Below, piece by piece: positions 38,611-47,897 of a DNA stretch of 64,000 bases. The stretch covers positions 3,392,001 through 3,456,000 of the forward strand of contig OY781964.1 in assembly GCA_963677485.1 (NCBI GenBank). Reading direction: 5' to 3'. The notes beneath the pieces are model-generated. The model was not told where the DNA came from and searched no databases. It worked only from the letters and a program-made list of their open reading frames with translations. The position numbers and the translations under genes were made by a program. Numbering within the stretch: the stretch's first letter is position 1; every line of letters starts with the position of its first letter. The DNA is from Armatimonadota bacterium (GTDB taxonomy: Bacteria > Armatimonadota > HRBIN16).

Positions 38611-40485
38611 GTATGCCCTCCTGATAAAACTGTGTCTATCATTTAGGCGGTCAGGGGCATCGAAACACGGCTAGAGTGGTATAGTCATGCCGAACATGGG
38701 TGGCTCACACATGCCGAATGGGCTGGTATAGTGTAACCCGATTAGCGACAATCAACCGTCCGCACCTGTGTGCCGTCAGTACCCCACATGATATTGGGAG
38801 CATCAGTAATGATCGTTCCATTGTGTTGATTAGTATCTGCCTTAGGTCTGCGATAAGGCGATAGAAGCTCATTGTTACGCATTAGCCGAAGCACACGGTT
38901 CCTGCCCACTCGCAACTTCTGTGCTCCAAAGTGCAGTGACGCGTGGATTTTCTTATAGCCTTCACCTTGAAATGGAGAGCCATTGATTACAAGCTTGATC
39001 GCTTCCAATAGTTCATCATCGGAAACGGAGGTCTTGGGTCCACGCTTTAGCCTGGGTGTGCTTAAAGCAGGATGAACAACCTCTGTGATTTGCATATAGT
39101 AGGTAGAGCGAGGTTGTTCCCAAACTCGGCATACCCTTTCTACACCATAGTGAGCGCATGTGGCGGGGGAAATGGCAGTGCTCATTTCCGTAATTTCCCC
39201 CGCGTAAAAGGGGCTTCTCTCCGGTGACATCGCTCGTATAGGAGTTCAATCTCCATAGATTGCTCACCGATACGTCGCTGGGCCTCTTTGAGCTGATGCT
39301 CTAAGGGATCTTGAACACGTATCTTCAGAGCGGATTCCATGCCAGCCAGGGCTCACTCTATCACGCCACTCCTCAATCTGATATATCGGTACACCTATTT
39401 GCCTTGATACGATCTCCAAGGATCCGCCGCCAATCAAGCGTTGAACCACCTCAAGTTTGCGTCGGCAGGACCACCGTCGGCTCTCCGGTAAAAAATTTAC
39501 GTCCGGGGTGGAACTCGCCCCTTCAGTCGCGCTCCGCGCTCCTTCCGGGGCTCTTTCCACCCGGACGTCGGAACAGACATCGGATCCGGATCATTCAAAT
39601 GATGTGTCTTCATGAACTCAGTTTACCTTAAGATTTTGTCTGTAAAAATTCGGGTGCCGCTCAACAAGATCGAGTTGAACTATATGCACGACTTGCCGTA
39701 TAGTGCCATAATGATCTCTGGTCAGAAAACAACATGTTGGAATCGGCGTAATAAGTGCGAATCAGATGCATATGGAAACATTGGCGCGATGTTTAACGTG
39801 CGGTGGGATGAGCTTCCTGCTGGATCATACGATCGATGGCTGGCGAATGACGGATCATACGATGAATACAGCATCAAACGCTACCTGAACAATGGCACGA
39901 ACTATATGGAACACAATATCGTGGAGCGTTTCATGCAGCGGCTAAATGACGGTGGCGCACTCTATTCTTTCTATGTAGCTGGCGGGAATACCTGGCGGAA
40001 GAACGCTGTGTTTAGCGACACCGACATGCATCTGTTGAATCCCATCTACATGGATGGGGGCTCCGATGGGTCAATCCTTGAGGGGAATGTGATCTGTGCC
40101 CTTGGTAAAATATGGGATAACGGCGGTGCTGGCACCAACAAATGGGTCGCCAGCAATACTAAAGCACCAAGCTATCAGTTGGAGTCTGATTGGACAAACA
40201 ACCGGTTTAACGGTGAGGAGATACCAGCTTTCCCATTCATGCTGGAGGTTCCATACAAGGGGCTGACACCAGAATATCGACTGCTGGTGAAGGAGATTGC
40301 CAAGGAGGCCGCAGAACAGGGTGGGTGGATTAACGCACCACAGCCTGTTGGACTAGATATGTAGCTTGTGCATCTGTCAGCCATTGGGGGAGCATCAATG
40401 GCTGACGCTCTGATAGTTAGTAGGATATACTCATGTGTGTCTCGAACACTACGGATGTAAGTGATCATTCTGAACACATCATGAG

Positions 40486-43248
40486 GTGCTGTCCATGCGA
40501 TATATTGCCCACCTTGCCACCATACTGGCGGCTGCTACTCTCTTCCAACTAAGCGCACAGGCGGTGACGCTGTATGTCAGCCCAACCGGGCGCGACACCT
40601 GGAGCGGGGATATTCCTGCCCCTAATAAGGAGCAGACCGACGGTCCGCTGGCCAGTATGGACGGGGCCCGCAAGCGCATCAACCAGATCAAACCGCTGAA
40701 GATCATGCGCACACCGGTGGACGTGCAGTTTGCCTCAGGCCGGTACCCGGTGCTCAAACCAATCGAGTTCCACAGCGGCGATACCGGGTATATTGACATG
40801 CCCATTACCTATCGGGCGGCCAAAGGGGCCACGGTCTGGTTCGATGGGGGGCAGCGCATTAAGGGCTTCACTGTGGGCAAGGATGGCGTCTGGCGGATCA
40901 AGCTGCCTCAGGTGGCGGCTGGCAAGTGGTATTTCGAGCAGCTCTGGGTGAATGGGCAGCGCGCCATGCGTGCCCGAACGCCCAACAACAGCACTCTGCG
41001 GTTGAAATATACGCCCACCGATGATGGCGGGAGCACTAACTGGGTGCCGCTAAAGCCTGTGGATGCTGAGCCGCTGAAAGGGCTTTCGCCCCAGGAACTG
41101 CTGGATACCCAGATTGTGGTCTATGAAAGCTGGGAGCGGTCCAGGCATCGCATTACCAGCATTGATGCGGACAGTATCGCGCACCTCACCAACCGACCAG
41201 CCAACCCCTTTACTTACTCCGGTCCCAACGCGCGGTATCACTACGAAAACGCGCGCGTCTGCCTGGATAAGCCCGGGGAGTGGTTCTTAGGTCGTGACGG
41301 TGTGCTGAGCTATATTCCGCTGAAGGGACAGAAGCCCTCCAATACCGAAGTGGTGGCCCCGGTCACCGATGGGTTTATTTCACTTAAGGGTGACCGTGAG
41401 AAGGGCGAGATCATCAGTTTGATCAGCTTTGAAGGGTTGAAGTTCGCCCATTCGCAGTGGATCACCCCTGAGCAGGGATACGCCGATGCGCAAGCCGCGT
41501 TCAACGTGCCTGCCGTGATCACGGTTGACGGCTGTGAGAATGTGAACTTCCGCGATTGCGAGATATCGCACATAGGCACTTACGGCATATGGGTCCGGCA
41601 GGGAAACAAGAACTGCCTGGTGCAGAAGAACTACATTCACGATATGGGCGCCGGCGGTGTACGCATAGGCGTGGCGACTGTGCCGTTGGGCGGTTATGTG
41701 GAAGATGACAGCGACGGTAGTGTGGCATCTGGCACACAGAAGGTCTCGCGAAGCGCCGCCACTTCACGCATCACAGTGGATAACAACATCATCCGCGAGG
41801 GTGGTTTAATCCATATGGATGCGGTGGGTGTATGGGTTGGTGAGTGCGGCAATAACCGCATCACGCACAATGAAATCGCTGATATGTATTACACCGGCAT
41901 CAGCGTGGGATGGGTGTGGGGATACGGCCCCACCGCCACGGTGAACAACCTGGTAGAAGATAACCACATACACCACATCGGTAAGGGCGTGTTGAGTGAT
42001 ATGGCGGGTATCTATACGCTGGGAAACGCGCCGGGAAGTATCAACAGGGGGAATCGCATCCATGACATCCGCCGGTTTACATACGGCGCCAGCGGTATCT
42101 ACCCTGACGAAGGCAGCAGCGGCTGGCTGATCGAAAACAATGTTTGTTACGACACCGATGATGGCGGGTTGTTCCATCACTACGGTAAGGAGAACAGGGT
42201 CAGGAACAACATATTTGTCGACTCCGCCTATACTCAGGTCTATCTCGCCCGGCCGGAGCAGCATCGCTCGTTCTGGTTTGAAAACAACATCGTGAGTTAT
42301 ACCCAGGGGGCTTTGCTCAGCGCCAGCACGCCGCAAGCCGTGGTCACGTTTGATAACAACCTCTACTGGAACCGGCTGAAGCAGCCGCTTCAATGTGGGC
42401 CATTGAGTTTCGACGCATGGCAGGCCAAAGGACAGGACAAAAACTCGATCGTGGCTGACCCGCTGTTTGTGAATGTGGAGAAGCGTGACTTCCGGCTGAA
42501 GCCAAACTCACCAGCGCTCAAAGTCGGGTTCAAGCCCTTCCCGCTGGACCAAGCTGGCGTTTATGGCGACAAAGCCTGGGTAAAGCTGGCCGCGAATGGT
42601 CCGAAGCCGGTGTCAGAGCTGAGCGGTGATCAGGTGCAGACGGTCTCAACGGTCGTGCCTAACCCCATCAAGGAGAGTTTCGACAGTAACGGACCCACCG
42701 CCACGCCACCCGGTGCAGAACTCAACACGGAAGGCAAGACAGAGCTGATTACCGTCAGCAGCAACGAGGCCCACTCAGGGAACAAGAGCGTGAAGATCAC
42801 CGATGCCCCAGGATTGACCAATAATTTCGATCCGCACCTGGTGTATCACCCCAACCTCAGAGACGCTGTGGTGGCTTGCCGATACGCGCTGTTCATCGAT
42901 GAGAGAACCGACTTTATGGTGGAGTGGCGTGACTGGCTGACCAACCCTTCGCAATACATCACGGGCCCGCTGCTGTCTATCAAACAAGGCAAGCTCGCCG
43001 GAAGTGTGGTCGCGGACATCCCTTACCGACAGTGGGTGGTGATTGAGATGCGTGCCGGTGTGGGTAAACGCTACACCAAAAGCTGGGATCTGACGGTGAC
43101 TCTGCCCGGAGCGAAGCCGCAAACTTATGCCAACATCCCATGCACCGCTCCAACGCTGCCGATAGTGAGTTGGGTGGGGTTCATCAGCAATGCGACCGAG
43201 GCGACCGATGTGTATTTGGACGACCTCACTATCGACAAGCTGAAATAA
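40486..43248 (+). CDS. Secreted right-handed parallel beta-helix protein with a C-terminal beta-sandwich (putative polysaccharide-active enzyme)
   Basis: Signal peptide, YVSPTGRDTWSG, YYTGISVGWVWGY, LSDMAGIYTLG, IYPDEGSS, ADPLFV..DFRLKPNSPA. Confidence 0.8.
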   Translation: MLSMRYIAHLATILAAATLFQLSAQAVTLYVSPTGRDTWSGDIPAPNKEQTDGPLASMDGARKRINQIKPLKIMRTPVDVQFASGRYPVLKPIEFHSGDTGYIDMPITYRAAKGATVWFDGGQRIKGFTVGKDGVWRIKLPQVAAGKWYFEQLWVNGQRAMRARTPNNSTLRLKYTPTDDGGSTNWVPLKPVDAEPLKGLSPQELLDTQIVVYESWERSRHRITSIDADSIAHLTNRPANPFTYSGPNARYHYENARVCLDKPGEWFLGRDGVLSYIPLKGQKPSNTEVVAPVTDGFISLKGDREKGEIISLISFEGLKFAHSQWITPEQGYADAQAAFNVPAVITVDGCENVNFRDCEISHIGTYGIWVRQGNKNCLVQKNYIHDMGAGGVRIGVATVPLGGYVEDDSDGSVASGTQKVSRSAATSRITVDNNIIREGGLIHMDAVGVWVGECGNNRITHNEIADMYYTGISVGWVWGYGPTATVNNLVEDNHIHHIGKGVLSDMAGIYTLGNAPGSINRGNRIHDIRRFTYGASGIYPDEGSSGWLIENNVCYDTDDGGLFHHYGKENRVRNNIFVDSAYTQVYLARPEQHRSFWFENNIVSYTQGALLSASTPQAVVTFDNNLYWNRLKQPLQCGPLSFDAWQAKGQDKNSIVADPLFVNVEKRDFRLKPNSPALKVGFKPFPLDQAGVYGDKAWVKLAANGPKPVSELSGDQVQTVSTVVPNPIKESFDSNGPTATPPGAELNTEGKTELITVSSNEAHSGNKSVKITDAPGLTNNFDPHLVYHPNLRDAVVACRYALFIDERTDFMVEWRDWLTNPSQYITGPLLSIKQGKLAGSVVADIPYRQWVVIEMRAGVGKRYTKSWDLTVTLPGAKPQTYANIPCTAPTLPIVSWVGFISNATEATDVYLDDLTIDKLK

Positions 43249-43251
43249 CCA

Positions 43252-44496
43252 ATGATAAACATGCGGGAGTTTCAAATTGGGGCCTGGCACGGCCTGGGCT
43301 ATGGGCGGATGAACGAAAGAACGGTTCGTGAGGTGAAGGAGGCTGGTTTCACGCTGATCATGCCGCCAGGACCGTGGGAATACCGGCCGAAGGGTGTTAG
43401 TTATGTGCCGGGTAACCGCCAACTGCTTGACCTCTGCCAAAAGATGGGCATCAAGGCGCTGTTGTTTGATATCCGCATCGAAGAGGCCTTTTGGGGGTCG
43501 CTGCCAGTGGAGAAGGTTCTCGAAGCGGTGCAGGACTACCGCAGCCACCCGGCTCTGTATGGCTATTATCTGACCGATGAGCCGTCACGGAAGTCCTTTG
43601 AGCATGTGGCCGATATGGTGAGGCTGAGTCGCCAGGGTGACCCAAACCATCTGCCGATGGTGAACATCCTGCCCACCTACGGCGGACCTGTCCTCGGCAC
43701 CGCTACCTACCAGCAGTATGTGCGCCAGTATATCGAGGTGGTCAAACCCGATATGGTGTGCTACGACAACTACCACTGGTTTATCGACCCCAAGGCCCCT
43801 CCCATGCCCAACGATCAGGGGGAGGAGGCCTTGCAGCGCTGGATGGAGCTCTGGGGGAACAAGGCCTCAGGGTTTGATGCGCCTGGCTACATCACCAACC
43901 TGGAGATCGTGCGCGATGAGTGCCTGCGCGCGAAACTACCCATGTGGGTGACGGCGCAGCTTGTGCCTCAGGGTAACTGCCGCGACCCCAGACCGGCGGA
44001 ATTGCGCTGGGACGCCTATCATGCGCTGGCTTACGGCGCGAAGGGGATGTTGTGGTACAACTTCTGCACACCACCTAAGGATCAGTATAACTACCGCGAT
44101 GCCTGCCTGGACAGGGATGGCCAGCGCACGCACAACTATTACGAGATCGCCGAAATCAATAAAGAGATCATGCCGATCGGTCAGGTGCTGGCCCGCCTGG
44201 ACAGCACCCACGTGATGCATGTGGGCAAGGAGAGCGAGCCGGTCAAGCCGTTTAAGCCTACGGTGCCGCTGCTGTCCGTTCAGGGCGAATCGCTGACTGT
44301 GGGCATGTTCACGAAGGGTCACCTGATGGTGGTCAACAAGCTGCGCGACCGCGGTGCCTCCGTGCGCTTGGGCCTGAGCAGCGGCTGGCAGTTGGAGCGG
44401 TATGATGGGGCCACGCGGCGATTCGTGGCGATGCGCGGCACGGGCTTCGAGCTGCCTGCCTCCGGCGCGCAGCTTCTGCGCATGGTGCGGGGGTAG
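43252..44496 (+). CDS. Putative TIM-barrel glycoside hydrolase (unclassified)
   Basis: HPALYGYYLTDEP and PRPAELRW..YHALAYGAKG, shared with the catalytic part of 22922..24955. Confidence 0.6.
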   Translation: MINMREFQIGAWHGLGYGRMNERTVREVKEAGFTLIMPPGPWEYRPKGVSYVPGNRQLLDLCQKMGIKALLFDIRIEEAFWGSLPVEKVLEAVQDYRSHPALYGYYLTDEPSRKSFEHVADMVRLSRQGDPNHLPMVNILPTYGGPVLGTATYQQYVRQYIEVVKPDMVCYDNYHWFIDPKAPPMPNDQGEEALQRWMELWGNKASGFDAPGYITNLEIVRDECLRAKLPMWVTAQLVPQGNCRDPRPAELRWDAYHALAYGAKGMLWYNFCTPPKDQYNYRDACLDRDGQRTHNYYEIAEINKEIMPIGQVLARLDSTHVMHVGKESEPVKPFKPTVPLLSVQGESLTVGMFTKGHLMVVNKLRDRGASVRLGLSSGWQLERYDGATRRFVAMRGTGFELPASGAQLLRMVRG

Positions 44497-44503
44497 GGAT
44501 GTG

Positions 44504-44825
44504 TCACGCGGAGACGCGGAGGACGCGGAGAGCGATACATTTTAACGCCAAGGTGCAAGGATGCAAAGGCGCAGAGGGGATTGTAGGGGCATCGCGTGCG
44601 GTGCCCATGTGATTGTCTGAACCACGGATTACGCGGATGGAACGGATGACACGGATGGGGAGGGACGTGCCAATCGGGAGATTGGCATTTGCTGGAACGC
44701 GCGTACTAGGGGCAACCCCCCGTGGTTGCCCCATCACCCGGTGTCGGCCCTATCTCCTGGTGCTTGCCCTATCACCCGTTGTCGGCCCCATCACCTCCTG
44801 CACCGGCCCCATCACCCGGTGCCAC
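44504..44825. repeat. Mosaic of short repeats: periodic mini-repeats, REP-like palindromes and a 19-bp tandem repeat
   Basis: CGCGGAG x3 (44504-44530); GCAAGG-like x4 (44544-44576); GTAG palindrome (44583-44606); CGGAT x4 at 9-nt period (44620-44657); palindromes at 44669-44686 and 44707-44732; five ~19-bp units at 44729-44825. Confidence 0.75.
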
Positions 44826-44853
44826 CCAACGCCAATCCGTCCGCCTCAATGCG

Positions 44854-45582
44854 TCACTGCAGGTCGTAGGCGCTGTCGTCGTCGCTGAGGTCCGCCAGGT
44901 CGGGGGCTTCGGTGCGCGGGTGGTATTTGGCCTTGGCGGCTTTCGTATGACCGTCACAATAGGCCACGGTGGCGGTGCCAAGATGCCGGAAATGCACATT
45001 GGGGCCTGTGTAGCCGTAGAAGACATCCAGCGGGGCCCGCAGATAGTTATTGCCCGCACGGGAACCGCCGCTTAACATTGCACTGTCAGCCATCAGCACC
45101 GTGTCAGAGGGCTGGGTGATGGCACTCTCCGTGGCGGGTAGACGGAACTCCGGCGGGTCGGGTATACAGCCGATATAACTGGTGTTGTAGGCATAACCGG
45201 TGTAGGGGCGTCCCCATTGTTCCTTGATCTCGTTGGCCGGGCAACTGCTTACTGCGTTGCTTTTGGTGTAGGCACCGATCAGACCGGGCTGCAGCTTAAC
45301 GACCTTATACTGCTGGTTCCAGGTGATGGTGTAATCCCAGGCGGTCTCCACCGTGTAGTCGGTGTTGTAGTAGACCGCCATCGGGTAGGTCTCATCGTAA
45401 TCCTGGTTATACATGCGGAAACCTAGTGCGGTTTGCTTCAGATTGCTCAAGCAGGTAGTCTGCTGCGCTTTGAGCCTGGCTTGCGCGAACACAGGGAACA
45501 AGATGGCGGCCAGTATCGCGATGATGGCGATGACCACGAGCAGTTCAATGAGGGTAAAAGCCTTGTGGGCGCGGTGATGCAT
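44854..45582 (-). CDS. Prepilin-type N-terminal cleavage/methylation protein, DUF1559 (H-X9-DG) family
   Basis: [29 protein letters not shown]...CLSNLKQ...QDYDE, and C-terminal [14 protein letters not shown]. Confidence 0.92.
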   Translation of the reverse strand: MHHRAHKAFTLIELLVVIAIIAILAAILFPVFAQARLKAQQTTCLSNLKQTALGFRMYNQDYDETYPMAVYYNTDYTVETAWDYTITWNQQYKVVKLQPGLIGAYTKSNAVSSCPANEIKEQWGRPYTGYAYNTSYIGCIPDPPEFRLPATESAITQPSDTVLMADSAMLSGGSRAGNNYLRAPLDVFYGYTGPNVHFRHLGTATVAYCDGHTKAAKAKYHPRTEAPDLADLSDDDSAYDLQ

Positions 45583-45633
45583 CAACAGATATACCCCTTT
45601 TTCCACGAAGAGTCCGTGCTATGACGGTGTGTT

Positions 45634-45736
45634 TCGGCATCCGGGCACTCGGGCTTATCTCGCAAGAGATACACCGTAGCGGGCCTGCAGCGGATTCTCA
45701 CCGCTTTCCCCCGGTCAACGCAATTGCGTATGCCAC
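45634..45736 (-). ncRNA. Cobalamin riboswitch (compact, class II-like)
   Basis: Minus strand reads GGGAA-AGCGGTGAGAATCCGCT-GCAGGCCCGCTACGGTG-TATCTC(TTGC)GAGATA-AGCCCGAGTGCC, matching the GGGAA / T-loop P4 / CCCGC-AC / B12-box layout. Located about 50 nt upstream of a start codon. Confidence 0.8.
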
Positions 45737-46018
45737 TCGATTCATTTTATGGTGATTAGCGTCGGCTGTCAAACGGAGGGGGTAGATGGCTCAGATTTGG
45801 GTGGATGTGGGTTACGGCGAAAGCACGATATTCGGCGTGATGGTCCATTTTACCGAGACATAAATGTCAGTCTATTGCCCACAAATATTGCATGACCAGT
45901 AGGCCACCGGTTCCGAGACATTGATGTCGCGGTATAGGGCGTGAGGGCTTCCGGTATAAATCGGGGCTATAAACTGTTAGGCGCATTCCACCGCTATCTC
46001 CACCCGGTCACGGAGCCG

Positions 46019-47299
46019 TTAATCTCCGGCTTTGTTTCGTGCGCGTGCGGGCTTGATGCTGGCGTTGAACCTTCTGGGTGTGGCTCCCTTTGGCGGGCGA
46101 GGCCACAGAACTGCCCTGAAGAACACCGCGAAACCAAACACCCCGATGATGAGGTTGCGGCGGGCGGTGTTGGGGTAGACATCCTCAGCGGTGACGGCCG
46201 CTACGGTGTAAAGCAGCTTACCATCAACGCTTACCTGAAGCTCACCCATCTGTTCGCCTTTTTTAACCGGTAGTTTGGGCTTATCTGTGGTGAGGCTTGT
46301 TGTGACCCTTCCATGCTCACCTTTTGGCAGCACCACGCGAACCTCCGCGGCAGTGACCAGAGGCACCGGCTTACCAAAGACCCCCAGCGCGGGTATCGTC
46401 TCCAGCGGCTTTCCGGCAGGCATCACCTGCGTCGGTTCGTAACGTGCGAAAGCCCAGTCCGCTATCGCTTGCGTATCGGCAGTGAAGCAGTGCGACTTCA
46501 TCACCACGGTAATCAGGCGCCATCCGTTGCGGGTGATCGAGCCCGTCAGGCAGTTACCGGCTTGTTTGGTATATCCCGTTTTGATACCGTCACAGCCGGC
46601 AACCGCCCATAGCGCCTTGTTCAGGTTCTTCAGCGCAAGGTCTTTTTGGTTGATGCTGCGCACCATGACATGGTGTTTGGTGGCCACGATCTCATTGAAC
46701 AGCGGGTGTTTGATGCATTCCGAGGCGATGAGCGCCAGGTCATGGGGCGTGCTATGGTGTCCGGCCTGTTCCAACCCATGCGGGTTCATGAAGTGCGTGC
46801 CCGTGCATCCCAGCTCTTTCGCTCGTTTGTTCATCTCAGCCACGAAAGCTGCCACGTTACCTTTGAGTGCTTCGGCAGCGGTCACACAGCCATCATTCGA
46901 GCTGCGCATCAGGATGGCATACAGCATCTCTCTGAGGCTGAACTTCTCGCCAGGCTTCATGTTCAACGATGCGAATTTCATAGCGATAGCACGGGGGCTG
47001 GCGGTGATGACCATGTCCGGCTTTGCCTGCTCCATGAGAATCAGGGCTGTCATCATTTTAGTTGTGCTGGCGTTGGGCCTGGACTGGTCGGCGTTTTTAC
47101 TCCACAGCACCTGCTTGCTGACGGGGTCCATCACAATGGCGGCCTCGGCATCCACCACGGGGCAGTTGGCGGGCTGTATGATGGGGGTAGGACTGATTCC
47201 AGGCGTCAGACCTCGTGTTTGTGCATCAAGATGAGTACTCAGGTTAGAAATAAGTGCTGATACGATGGCGAGTATATATAAATGACGGCGAAAGTTCAT
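46019..47299 (-). CDS. D-alanyl-D-alanine carboxypeptidase (peptidase S11)
   Basis: ASTTK (SxxK), SSN (SxN), NPHGL and IKTGYT motifs; signal peptide from ATG 47299; C-terminal TM segment. Confidence 0.92.
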   Translation of the reverse strand: MNFRRHLYILAIVSALISNLSTHLDAQTRGLTPGISPTPIIQPANCPVVDAEAAIVMDPVSKQVLWSKNADQSRPNASTTKMMTALILMEQAKPDMVITASPRAIAMKFASLNMKPGEKFSLREMLYAILMRSSNDGCVTAAEALKGNVAAFVAEMNKRAKELGCTGTHFMNPHGLEQAGHHSTPHDLALIASECIKHPLFNEIVATKHHVMVRSINQKDLALKNLNKALWAVAGCDGIKTGYTKQAGNCLTGSITRNGWRLITVVMKSHCFTADTQAIADWAFARYEPTQVMPAGKPLETIPALGVFGKPVPLVTAAEVRVVLPKGEHGRVTTSLTTDKPKLPVKKGEQMGELQVSVDGKLLYTVAAVTAEDVYPNTARRNLIIGVFGFAVFFRAVLWPRPPKGATPRRFNASIKPARARNKAGD

Positions 47300-47318
47300 A
47301 GTAATTGGCCTTGTAAGT

Positions 47319-47897
47319 TTACTCAACGGTCTCAGCCTCCTGTTCCGCAGGAAGGGCTTCTTCGACGGGGGCAACCAGGGTGCTGAACTGGTCGATATCG
47401 GGTAATTCGCTGATGTCGTTCAATCCGAAGTAGTGCAGAAATTGCCGTGTGGTGGCATAAAGCGTCGGCCGGCCCGGGGTGTTCTTCTTACCGCACTCTT
47501 CGATGAGCCGCTTCTGCGCCAGTTTACGCACGACCGCGTCACTCTGCACACCGCGCACCTGCTCGATTTCGGGAATGGTAACCGGCTGCCGGTAAGCGAT
47601 GATGGCCATGACTTCAAGCTGAGCACGGGTCATGCGGTTTTGGTTGGGGTTGAGGTATTTCGCGATGATCTCGCTATAGCTGCCTTTGGTGCAGAGCTGA
47701 TAACCACCAGCTAGTTGCACCACGTGAAGACCGCTGTATGCACATCGCGCCGATAGCAACTGCAGTCCTTCTTCTATCTGCTCACGATCTAGTTCCAACA
47801 GTTTCATCAGGTCAAGAATTTGGACAGGCTCATTGCTGACAAACAGCAGGCATTCCAGCAGTTCACTGAGTGCCTGGGTGTCATTCTGAAAACTCAA
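47319..47897 (-). CDS. scpB: Segregation and condensation protein B
   Basis: LECLLF, AGGYQL, LEVMAIIAYRQPVT..EIEQVRGV, PGRPTLYATT..FLHYFGL. Confidence 0.95.
   Translation of the reverse strand: MSFQNDTQALSELLECLLFVSNEPVQILDLMKLLELDREQIEEGLQLLSARCAYSGLHVVQLAGGYQLCTKGSYSEIIAKYLNPNQNRMTRAQLEVMAIIAYRQPVTIPEIEQVRGVQSDAVVRKLAQKRLIEECGKKNTPGRPTLYATTRQFLHYFGLNDISELPDIDQFSTLVAPVEEALPAEQEAETVE

Larger units (their letters stand above)
36188..38750 (-). mobile_element. IS21-family element, 2563 bp
   Basis: TGTC...GACA ends; subterminal repeats (ccacccatgttcggcat..tataccact at both ends); 8-bp target duplication ATCAACCG (36180-36187, 38751-38758); istA and istB. Confidence 0.95.
35665..39663 (-). mobile_element. 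IS3/IS481-like insertion sequence, copy 1 (inactivated; interrupted by IS21)
   Basis: Same termini as the copy at 58266-59690. Flanked by a 14-bp direct repeat ACAAGATCGAGTTG (35651-35664, 39664-39677). orfB is split and orfA has small indels. Confidence 0.92.
34285..40364 (+). pseudogene. Secreted right-handed beta-helix protein split by an IS insertion (segments 34285-35664 and 39678-40364)
   Basis: Removing the IS and one 14-bp duplication restores ...SGSNSNKIEL|NYMHDLPYSAI..., giving a 688-aa ORF with a signal peptide, YVSPVGRDTWSG..DGPFASI and LNDGGALY. Confidence 0.9.

Noticed and set aside
39612-40364. Independent 250-aa gene
   Set aside because: Its first ~17 codons lie inside the IS end; it is the 3' part of the interrupted beta-helix gene.
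44504-44825. Possible CRISPR array
   Set aside because: Units are 8-21 nt, degenerate and abutting, with no unique spacers of about 30 nt and no cas genes in the window.
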